Source: a bacterium
GTDB taxonomy: Bacteria > Electryoneota > Electryoneia > Electryoneales > Electryoneaceae
Assembly: GCA_043801585.1 (NCBI GenBank)
Contig: JAZDLX010000051.1
Span: forward strand, 1 to 13,650
Direction: 5' to 3'
DNA length: 13,650 nucleotides
Shown here: piece by piece, positions 6,675-13,650 of the stretch
Layout: every line of letters starts with the position of its first letter
How positions within the stretch are numbered: the stretch's first letter is position 1
Translations under genes and position numbers: made by a program
Notes under the pieces: generated by a model
Database searches by the model: none
Seen by the model: only the letters and a program-made list of their open reading frames with translations
Told to the model about the DNA's origin: nothing

Positions 6675-8336
6675 TCAATTGTGATGATGTCCGCAATTAC
6701 AGGAACCGCCCTCGTCGTCGCAATTACAGTCTCCACCATTCTCGCCACAGGAGCAATCGCCCTGTCCCTTTGACTGGGGATAGGAGGCGCGCCCGGCAAC
6801 GATGTCCTGGGCGAGCGGGAGTTTTTCAACGACATCTCCCGCCACAATCCCGGTGCTGCCCACCTCATCGGCTGCGAGGTTGCCCGCGAGGCCGTGCACG
6901 GTGACCGCCGCGATGGAGGCTTCCTGCGGGTTCAGTCCCTGGGCGAGGAATCCGGCGATCACGCCGGTGAGCACATCGCCCATGCCTGCGGTGGCCATGC
7001 CGGGGTTTCCGGCGAGCACCGCGTAGACGGGACCGCTTGGCCCGGCGATCAATGTCGGAACGCCCTTGAGGACGACCGTCACATTCGCCTGCTCCGCGAA
7101 TTGGCGAAGGCTGTTGAGACGGTCGGCGGCGATGTCGGCGCTGGGCTTGCCGGCGAGCCGGGCGAACTCGCCGAGGTGAGGGGTCAGCACGACATTCTTT
7201 CCCGCCAATCCCTTCAACGCGCCGGGAAGCTGCGCGAGGGCGTTGAGGCCGTCGGCGTCGATTACCGTGGGGAGGGGAAGGTCATCGACGTGCCCCTCGA
7301 ACCACTTGATCGTTTCGGGGTTCAGCGACAGGCCCGGTCCGATCACCTCGACGTCCGCCCATTTGCGCGCCTCGTCGATGGTCGTTTCCGCCTCTGCGGC
7401 GATGGAGCCGGTTTCGGTATCGGCGACGGGTATCGTCATCACCTCGGCGGACCGTCCCGCGAGAATCGCTTGGGCGCTTTTTGCGGTGGCAACCTTGACC
7501 ATCCCAGCGCCGGTGCGCAGAATGGCCTTGGCTGCCAACTCGGCGGCGCCGGTCATTCCCACCGATCCGGCGACGACGAGCACCTTGCCGTTGTCACCTT
7601 TGTGTTGGGTGAGACGGCGGTCGGGGAGCATGTCGCACACATCGGCGGGTTCCACGAGGTACATCGGTACTTCGATCTCCATCACATACTTCGGAGGGAT
7701 CTGGATGTCCACGCGGCTGATCCGGCCCGCATGGTCGATTCCCGGGCTGACAATGTGGCCGACCTTGATCTCGCCGAAGGTGGCGGTGAGGTCGGCACGG
7801 ACCGCCACGCCCGCGACGTGACCTGTGGAGCCGTCCACGCCCGAGGGGATATCCACGCTGACCACGGAAGCCTGGGAGATGTTGATCGCCTCGATGGCGT
7901 CGGCGATCAGCCCGTCCGCCCCGCCGCGCAATCCGGTGCCGAGCAGGGCATCCACGATCACGTCAGCGGGTGGAATCTTCTCCAGGTCCTTGCGGCTTTT
8001 CACCTCGATGACCTTGCCGCCGAGGTTTTCATAGACCTTCAGATTGGTCAGAGCGTCCCCGGAGATCTTGCTCCGTTCGGCGACGAGATAAACAGTAACC
8101 TCGGCCCCGAAATTGAGCAGCCGACGGGCGACAGCGAAACCGTCGCCGCCGTTGTTTCCGCCACCGCAGAACACCAGCGCACGGGCGCCGGGCACCCGTC
8201 CGCCGAGTAGAGTGTCGACCTCGAGCATCACACCACGAGCGGCAAGTTCCATCAAAACAATGCCTGGGAGTCCCGCCTCCTCGATGGTTCGCCGGTCCAG
8301 TTCACGCATCTGTTCGGGAGTAAGGATGGGTCGCAT
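6675..8336 (-). CDS. nnr: Bifunctional NAD(P)H-hydrate epimerase/dehydratase (YjeF_N + carbohydrate kinase domain)
   Basis: LMELAA, CGGGNNGGDG, VDALLGTG, SVDIPSG, HKGDNGKV, GPGL, IDADGLN, LTPHLGEF, LKG, GMATAGMGDVLTG. Start ATG 8336 has an AAGGAG RBS. Confidence 0.96.
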   Translation of the reverse strand: MRPILTPEQMRELDRRTIEEAGLPGIVLMELAARGVMLEVDTLLGGRVPGARALVFCGGGNNGGDGFAVARRLLNFGAEVTVYLVAERSKISGDALTNLKVYENLGGKVIEVKSRKDLEKIPPADVIVDALLGTGLRGGADGLIADAIEAINISQASVVSVDIPSGVDGSTGHVAGVAVRADLTATFGEIKVGHIVSPGIDHAGRISRVDIQIPPKYVMEIEVPMYLVEPADVCDMLPDRRLTQHKGDNGKVLVVAGSVGMTGAAELAAKAILRTGAGMVKVATAKSAQAILAGRSAEVMTIPVADTETGSIAAEAETTIDEARKWADVEVIGPGLSLNPETIKWFEGHVDDLPLPTVIDADGLNALAQLPGALKGLAGKNVVLTPHLGEFARLAGKPSADIAADRLNSLRQFAEQANVTVVLKGVPTLIAGPSGPVYAVLAGNPGMATAGMGDVLTGVIAGFLAQGLNPQEASIAAVTVHGLAGNLAADEVGSTGIVAGDVVEKLPLAQDIVAGRASYPQSKGQGDCSCGENGGDCNCDDEGGSCNCGHHHN

Positions 8337-8388
8337 ATCGTCAAGCTCCTTATGGGTCAATGGAAGAACACGAAAGTTAGACGCCATT

Positions 8389-8417
8389 AACGTACAAATC
8401 CGAAAAGCCAGAGACAA
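8389..8417 (-). promoter_or_regulatory. Candidate sigma70-type promoter for nnr
   Basis: TTGTCT-N17-TACGTT on the minus strand, about 50 nt upstream of the ATG; consensus match only. Confidence 0.3.
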
Positions 8418-8546
8418 GATGTTTCCGTCGAGTGCGAGGTGCGAACGGTGTGCGGTGGTTCATTGTTGTGGCAGATTCTTGGTGCAACGGAGACACGCCA
8501 CATACTGCCGCCGGGACTCCTCGCGGCGCACAGAACGACAACTGAC

Positions 8547-8680
8547 TGGAACAGGGTATACAGGATGATTCGGGATTTACAGGAAAAGAACGAACGTAAA
8601 ATCCGTTTGAGCTTTTTCACTCAATCGATTTTATTCATCATGTCCATCCTGCCGGTTTTTATCCTGTTCATCCTGTTCCA
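8547..8680. repeat. Repeat family C: inverted arrays of ~9-nt CAGGAT/ATCCTG units
   Basis: Left TGGAACAGGGTATACAGGATGATTCGGGATTTACAGGA; right ATCATGTCCATCCTG...ATCCTGTTCATCCTGTTCCA. The outer 20 nt pair at 17/20. Confidence 0.8.
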
Positions 8681-8698
8681 CTAATCCGGCTTCTGCCG

Positions 8699-10270
8699 TT
8701 ACCCCTTCTTCGGGAACAGGTCCATGAAGTATTCCGCGAGGGCGGTGATCGTCAGGCTCGGGTTGACGCCGAGGTTGACCGGCACCACCGAACCGTCGAT
8801 GACGTAGAGGTCGTCGTAGCCGTGCACCTTTCCGGAGAAGTCCACCACGCCCTCCCGGGCGGAATGTGACATGATGCAGCCGCCGAGGATATGCGCTGTG
8901 GACGAGGTGTCAAAGAACACCTCGGGCAGGACGCTCATCGGCCTGCCACCGATTTTCTTCGCCATTGTTTTCGCGTACTGGTTGGCCACCGGGATGTACG
9001 AGGGAACTCGTTTGTCAGTGTGCCAGTTGGAGGTGATTCCCTGCTGTCCAAGTTTCCACCATTTCTTCACGTACTCGAAGCGCAGGTAGTTGTCGATCTT
9101 CTGCATCACCAGCAGGATCGTCATGCGCTGCGCCCAGTTGCGCGGGAGGATGCTGCGCACGAACCGTATCGGGTGGAGCAACAGGGTTGCAAGGAAACGC
9201 AGGGGCCGAGGCCAGAATTCACCGCCGCCGACGAGCACCGTGGCGATCATCGACATCGCGTCATTTCCCTTGCCGTAACGGACTGTTTCGATGTGGGTGT
9301 TGTCGTCGGGATAGACGCCGGAGGTGATGGCGATGCCCTCGGAGTAATCGACGTCCATCTTGTCGGCGAGCACGCCGACGAGTGCTTCGCTGTTGGTGCG
9401 GACGACATTCCCGAGCTGATGCGAGAGATTCGGCAGCGAGCCGCGATGTTTGCATTTCAGCAGCAGCGGCACGGTGCCCATGACGCCACCCGCGAAAACG
9501 ACGCCCTTTGCACGAACCTGTTTCCGGGGTTTGATCAGGCCGCCGAGTTTTTCCATGTGGACGATGTAGCCGCCCTTTTTCGCCGGACGCACGTCAATCG
9601 CGCGGGTGCGGGGGATGATCTGCACCCCAAGCCGCTCCGCAAGGTGGAGGTAGTTCATGTCGAGGGTGTTCTTCGAGCCGTAACGGCAGCCGGTCATGCA
9701 GGCTCCGCATTTAATGCAGCCGGTACGGTCTGGACCCGCGCCGCCGAAGTAGGGGTCCGGCACGGTGACATCCTCTTCGCCGAAGTAGACACCAACGTCG
9801 TTGATGTGAAAGGTGTCGCCACGCCCCTGTTCCTCTGCGCACTCCTTCAACAATTCATCGGCGCGGGTGATCGACACACTGGGGGTGGCGCCGAGCATTG
9901 TCCGGGCGCGCTGGTAGTAGGTGTCCATCTTCTCTTTCCATCCGGGACCGCCCCAGATGGGGTCCTCGAAGATCGGATCGGGAGGGGTCAACAGGTTGTT
10001 CGCGTAAACGAGACTTCCACCGCCGACACCCGCACCGTGGAGAATGAAGACATCTTTCATCAGGGTCATCGCCTGGATGCCGTGGAGGCCCAGGGCGGGA
10101 AGCCAGAAGGCTTTCGGGAGGTTCCAGTTGCTCTTTGCGTAGTCCTGCGGACGGAAACGGCGTCCCTGTTCGAGGACGGTTACGCTGTAGCCCTTTTCCG
10201 CCAGCCGCAGCGCGGAGACCGATCCGCCAAAGCCAGAGCCGATAATCAGGTAATCGCAATCATAGTGCAC
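8699..10270 (-). CDS. GMC-family FAD oxidoreductase, cholesterol oxidase (ChoD)-like
   Basis: IIGSGFGGSVSALRLAEKGY (FAD binding), GAGVGGGSLVYAN, CIKCGACMTGC, KNTLDMNYL, TAHILGG, GVNPSLTITALAE. Start GTG 10270 after GGGGGG (alternative ATG 10294). The longer ORF-track N-terminus is translated repeat sequence. Confidence 0.92.
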   Translation of the reverse strand: MHYDCDYLIIGSGFGGSVSALRLAEKGYSVTVLEQGRRFRPQDYAKSNWNLPKAFWLPALGLHGIQAMTLMKDVFILHGAGVGGGSLVYANNLLTPPDPIFEDPIWGGPGWKEKMDTYYQRARTMLGATPSVSITRADELLKECAEEQGRGDTFHINDVGVYFGEEDVTVPDPYFGGAGPDRTGCIKCGACMTGCRYGSKNTLDMNYLHLAERLGVQIIPRTRAIDVRPAKKGGYIVHMEKLGGLIKPRKQVRAKGVVFAGGVMGTVPLLLKCKHRGSLPNLSHQLGNVVRTNSEALVGVLADKMDVDYSEGIAITSGVYPDDNTHIETVRYGKGNDAMSMIATVLVGGGEFWPRPLRFLATLLLHPIRFVRSILPRNWAQRMTILLVMQKIDNYLRFEYVKKWWKLGQQGITSNWHTDKRVPSYIPVANQYAKTMAKKIGGRPMSVLPEVFFDTSSTAHILGGCIMSHSAREGVVDFSGKVHGYDDLYVIDGSVVPVNLGVNPSLTITALAEYFMDLFPKKG

Positions 10271-10338
10271 GGGACCCCCCTGGTGAATGATCATGAATGT
10301 ACTGCGGGAAAAGGAGGTGACTGAAACCCTGTCGATCA

Positions 10339-10456
10339 GAAACAGGATAAACAGGATGTTCAGGGAAATCAGGAACTGCCTTGAACAGGATCGACAGGAT
10401 GCTTCAGGATGCACAGGATGGGCAAGATGCTTGACTCATCCTGTACATCTTGTTTC
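10339..10456. repeat. Repeat family C: inverted arrays of ~9-nt CAGGAT/ATCCTG units
   Basis: GAAACAGGATAAACAGGATG ... GAACAGGAT CGACAGGAT GCTTCAGGAT GCACAGGAT GGGCAAGAT ... CATCCTGTACATCTTGTTTC. The outer 20 nt pair at 17/20. Confidence 0.85.
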
Positions 10457-10535
10457 ATTCGCTTTTCATTGGAAGGTTTATGGCGTACGCGATCTTGGGA
10501 ATGCTTTCCGGCTTTTTCTGAACTCCGGCGTCTCC

Positions 10536-10547
10536 TATATTGCCGCC
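10536..10547 (+). promoter_or_regulatory. Candidate -10 element for a leaderless ruvC transcript
   Basis: TATATT lies 6 nt before the ATG at 10548, and there is no Shine-Dalgarno sequence. Confidence 0.4.
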
Positions 10548-11147
10548 ATGCCGAAACACGCTGGCGAGATCATCCTCGGCTTCGATCCCGGAACGCAGGT
10601 GACCGGGTGGGGAGCCGTCCAGAACGGGCGGCCGCTCCGGATGCTCGGAGTTGGCATCGTGCGTCCGAAACGGGGCGAACCGCTCGAGTTGCGGCTGAAG
10701 ACCATTTACGACGAAGCGTTGCTGCTGATCGACCGGCACAAACCGTCCGTGGTGGTAGTGGAGGACCCCTTCGTTGGCAAGTCGGTCTCCAGCGCGCTGG
10801 CGTTGGGGCAGGCTCGCGGAGTTCTACTGCTGGCTGCGGCGCAACGGAATCTCCCAGTTGTCAGTTATTCGCCGCGCTCTATCAAGGCGGCAGTGGTCGG
10901 ACGCGGTTCGGCGAGCAAGGAGCAGGTGGCGTTCATGGTGCGAACGCTGCTCGGGCTTCGTGAAGCGCCGCAGCCTCTGGATGCCAGCGATGCGCTGGCG
11001 GTGGCGCTCTGCCATCTGAACAAAGGAACCGCCATGAATACGGGAGGATCACGGGAGCCGGTGGACATCGCCCGACTTGTGAAGAATCCGCAGGACCTCG
11101 AGGCGGTGCAGCGCTGGAAGAGTGGAAAAGGGAGGAAAGCGCGGTGA
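10548..11147 (+). CDS. ruvC: Holliday junction resolvase RuvC
   Basis: ILGFDPG, VVVEDPF, LGQARG, YSPRSIKAAVVGRGSASKEQV, DASDALAVALCH; basic C-terminal extension. Confidence 0.96.
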   Translation: MPKHAGEIILGFDPGTQVTGWGAVQNGRPLRMLGVGIVRPKRGEPLELRLKTIYDEALLLIDRHKPSVVVVEDPFVGKSVSSALALGQARGVLLLAAAQRNLPVVSYSPRSIKAAVVGRGSASKEQVAFMVRTLLGLREAPQPLDASDALAVALCHLNKGTAMNTGGSREPVDIARLVKNPQDLEAVQRWKSGKGRKAR

Positions 11148-11737
11148 TCGACCGAATCGAAGGCGAGATTATAGCGCTGGAGCCGACGAACGTTGTTGTC
11201 GATGTCGGCGGGGTAGGATTTTTTCTTTCGATCAGCCTCCAGACCTACGAGCGGATCGGCACGGCGAAACGATTCGCGTTTTTCACTCACCTCCATGTAC
11301 GTGAAGACATTCTCGCCCTGTACGGTTTTGCGGACGCTGCGGAACGCCAGGCGTTCCGCATCCTGATCGGAATCAGTGGAGTCGGCCCACGCGTCGCTCA
11401 GGCGATCCTCTCGTCGGTGACCGTCGAAACACTCCGTGAAGCCATCGCCGCAGGAGACTGGAAACGGCTGACCGCCGCGCCGGGAATCGGCCGAAAACTG
11501 GCGGAACGGATGACGGTGGAACTGCGCGGGAAATTCGGAGAACCGCCCGGAGGTTTGGAGGCCGGGACGCCGTCGGGCTATTCCGGCGAGACGGGCACTA
11601 TTTACGAGGCGGTGCAGGCGTTGATCGCCCTCGGGCACAATCCCACCAATGCGGAGAAACTCGCCCGTGACGCGGCGAAAAGGGCAGGCGAAGGGGCGAC
11701 GGTGCAGGACCTGATCCGCGCAGCATTAAAGCCCTAG
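11144..11737 (+). CDS. ruvA: Holliday junction branch migration protein RuvA
   Basis: VVVDVGGVGF, THLHVRED..LYGF, HhH motifs ISGVGPRVA and PGIGRKLAERM, AVQALIALG. The GTG start overlaps the ruvC stop (GTGA). Confidence 0.96.
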   Translation: MIDRIEGEIIALEPTNVVVDVGGVGFFLSISLQTYERIGTAKRFAFFTHLHVREDILALYGFADAAERQAFRILIGISGVGPRVAQAILSSVTVETLREAIAAGDWKRLTAAPGIGRKLAERMTVELRGKFGEPPGGLEAGTPSGYSGETGTIYEAVQALIALGHNPTNAEKLARDAAKRAGEGATVQDLIRAALKP

Positions 11738-11778
11738 AGTGAAATTGAATAAGTATATAAAAAATATAGATGATTCCA

Positions 11779-11811
11779 AGTGACTCTTCACCCTTGGGGT
11801 GAAGAGTCACT
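11779..11811. promoter_or_regulatory. Perfect 15-bp inverted repeat, candidate HigA operator (or ruvA-transcript hairpin)
   Basis: AGTGACTCTTCACCC-TTG-GGGTGAAGAGTCACT, ending 18 nt before the higB ATG. Confidence 0.6.
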
Positions 11812-11829
11812 CTTGCGCGAGAGGAAAAT

Positions 11830-12168
11830 ATGATCGATATTGGCTATGCGTCCGCAAAATGGGAGAAGGTATGCACCAACGAGAATGCGGCGCGAAAAAT
11901 ACTTGGAGACCCAAACCTGTTTGAATTACTAGTGGAACGTCTTGAACATATTAGTGCACATAATTCGGTCGCTGAAATTCCGCTAGGGGGAACTAAGGAT
12001 TGGCATCCTCTGAAGGGTGACCGAAAAAACCAATGGTCAATAACAATAAGAAAACCATATGTAATCTGTCTTGCAGCAGCAGGCGAATTTGAGACTGACG
12101 AAAATGAATCGGTTAAGCCTAATACTGTGACAGCTTTAGAAGTAGTATTTGTTGGCGATTATCATTAG
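11830..12168 (+). CDS. higB: HigB-like (RelE/ParE superfamily) toxin
   Basis: 112 aa; HPLKGDRKNQWSI and C-terminal DYH; GAGGA RBS; lies upstream of an Xre antitoxin (toxin-first order). Confidence 0.85.
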   Translation: MIDIGYASAKWEKVCTNENAARKILGDPNLFELLVERLEHISAHNSVAEIPLGGTKDWHPLKGDRKNQWSITIRKPYVICLAAAGEFETDENESVKPNTVTALEVVFVGDYH

Positions 12169-12189
12169 GGAGTTGACCTAGGAGGAAAA

Positions 12190-13308
12190 ATGAGCAACAG
12201 AGTTATACCCAAACGCTACGAAGCTCCCATTGCTATATCTCCTGGATTCACAATTCGTGAAATGCTTGACGATTTGAATATGACACAGTCTGACCTAGCA
12301 CTTCGTATGGGGAGGCCAGAACAAGCAATAAGCGAGATAGCCCAAGGCAAGAAGGCAATCACGGCCGAGACAGCTTCTGAGCTAGAATCGGTATTAGGAA
12401 ACTCTCAACAGTATTGGCTGAATCGAGAAGCAAACTTCCAGGCTGCAAAAGATCGCATTAGACAGGAGAATACGATAGCAAGAGATACCGAGAGGTTGAG
12501 TGCATTTCCTTACAAGGAGTTAGTAGACAGAGGATTTGTGCATGAAGCAAATCGCCAAAGCAATGCTGGAAAACGCGAGCAGGTTCTCAGTTTACGAAAG
12601 TTCTTAAGGGTTGCAGATTTTGACGCGTTGGATAGGTATGTCAACAAATATGCTATTGCCTCTAGGTTGGCAAATACTACTCCGCTCTCAACAGAAAAAC
12701 TTGCTGTTTGGCTTCGACTCGGGGAGATTCAGGCAGAAAACGAAGATTGGCAGGCCAGTACGTTTAAAAAAACACTTCTAGAAAAATCCTTGTCAGAGCT
12801 TAGAAATCTTTCAATGGAGAAAGACATTAATCAATTAATGATCAAATTAAGAACCATTGGTGAAAAAGCAGGCGTAGTATTTCTGTTCGTTCGTGAGTTT
12901 AAAGGATTTCCTACTAAAGGTATGACGGTTTGGAAAAACCAGCAACCATTCATAATGCTAACCTTGCATGGCAAGCGGTGGGACATGTTATGGTTTACTC
13001 TGTTTCATGAAATAGGGCATATTTTGCTCCACGATAGAAAAATATTTATTGAAGGGAAAGGGATTCAGACGGTTGGGCCAGAGGAAGAAAAAGCGAATGA
13101 ATTTGCTAGAGACACTCTTATTCCCCTAGAACAATACATGCAATTCTGTAGCGATGGTCGCTTTTCAGTTCAGTCAATAATTGATTTTGCTGAAGAACAG
13201 GGTGTCGATCCATCAATTGTGGTCGGAAGACTTATGTATGAAGGAAGGGTTAGAAACGATAATCCCAACCTTCAAAAATTATTTAGACGAGTAAGTTGGA
13301 TTAGTTGA
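12190..13308 (+). CDS. higA: HigA-type Xre HTH antitoxin fused to an ImmA/IrrE (peptidase M78) zinc-metallopeptidase domain
   Basis: N-terminal SPG..IREML...MTQSDLALRMG....ISEI..GKKAITAETA..LE.VLG....YWLN; C-terminal FTLFHEIGH...EEKANEFA (HExxH...E); AGGAGG RBS. Confidence 0.9.
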   Translation: MSNRVIPKRYEAPIAISPGFTIREMLDDLNMTQSDLALRMGRPEQAISEIAQGKKAITAETASELESVLGNSQQYWLNREANFQAAKDRIRQENTIARDTERLSAFPYKELVDRGFVHEANRQSNAGKREQVLSLRKFLRVADFDALDRYVNKYAIASRLANTTPLSTEKLAVWLRLGEIQAENEDWQASTFKKTLLEKSLSELRNLSMEKDINQLMIKLRTIGEKAGVVFLFVREFKGFPTKGMTVWKNQQPFIMLTLHGKRWDMLWFTLFHEIGHILLHDRKIFIEGKGIQTVGPEEEKANEFARDTLIPLEQYMQFCSDGRFSVQSIIDFAEEQGVDPSIVVGRLMYEGRVRNDNPNLQKLFRRVSWIS

Positions 13309-13378
13309 CAGAGTATTTTTGGATACATTTGGCGGTTCAACGAGGGCGAGGATCCATTTTTATACGAGTGAATCGAGC

Positions 13379-13424
13379 GAATTGGTATAGATCCTGTTGG
13401 CTCGCTGCACCAAACAATCAGGGC
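13379..13424. repeat. REP-like repeat family A, copy 5 (degenerate long-loop variant)
   Basis: GAATTGGTATAGATCCTGTTGGCTCGCTGCACCAAACAATCAGGGC aligns without gaps to copy 1 (340-385) at 37/46. Confidence 0.82.
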
Positions 13425-13552
13425 ATATCAATTCGACTCCTGAGGCAATCCACCCTTGTAGGAATCCAACCCTGATACTCCAACACCAAGTAAAATTTGA
13501 AATTATTACGGGATTTTCCGCGTTCAGGCGAGAGAGGAGCGTGACGCGCGGC

Positions 13553-13581
13553 TTGCGGGAGGTGGGGTTGGGGCGTATTTT
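13553..13581 (+). promoter_or_regulatory. Candidate sigma70-type promoter for a gene beyond the window
   Basis: TTGCGG-N17-TATTTT; consensus match only. Confidence 0.35.
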
Positions 13582-13650
13582 TGCTCCGCCTTTACGGAGG
13601 CAGTTTCGCGGCAGGGAACGCAGCAATAAAAACAACTCAAAACGATAGAT

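Noticed and set aside
6894..10324. Long antisense ORFs (6894-8210, 8891-10324; also 2131-3135, 10865-11638)
   Set aside because: They are shadow frames of well-supported GC-rich genes on the opposite strand.
10271..10547. N-terminal extensions of ruvC (from 10287) and of the GMC oxidase (from 10414)
   Set aside because: They run through the 9-mer repeat array, which keeps frames open; conserved domains begin at 10548 and 10270.
13427..13455. tRNA 3'-end-like remnant (TTCGACTCC...CACC) as an att site
   Set aside because: The T-stem does not pair and there is no CCA or acceptor match.

Overview
Bacterial genomic window. The GC-rich backbone carries a stand-alone receiver protein, an ABC-F ATPase, nnr, a cholesterol-oxidase-type GMC oxidoreductase and ruvC-ruvA, and it is interrupted by AT-richer accessory segments. 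The main structure is an intact HUH/Y1 REP-associated tyrosine transposase (RAYT, 4533-5093) with a family of ~40-46 bp hairpin-plus-tail repeats in five copies (340, 3847, 4458, 5133, 13379). Three copies bracket the RAYT and an AT-rich GNAT-like cargo gene. One of those also abuts a 5'-truncated DUF190 gene. A degenerate copy closes an AT-rich higB / higA-ImmA/IrrE island that sits after ruvA, where ruvB would usually be. Two other palindromic repeat families occupy intergenic spaces: GTACCWGGTAC inverted doublets, and CAGGAT 9-mer inverted arrays on both sides of the GMC gene. There is also a secreted temptin-like CxxCH protein split by an in-frame TGA, and an Nnr with a Cys/His-rich tail. 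All family assignments come from motif recognition by eye; no searches were run.
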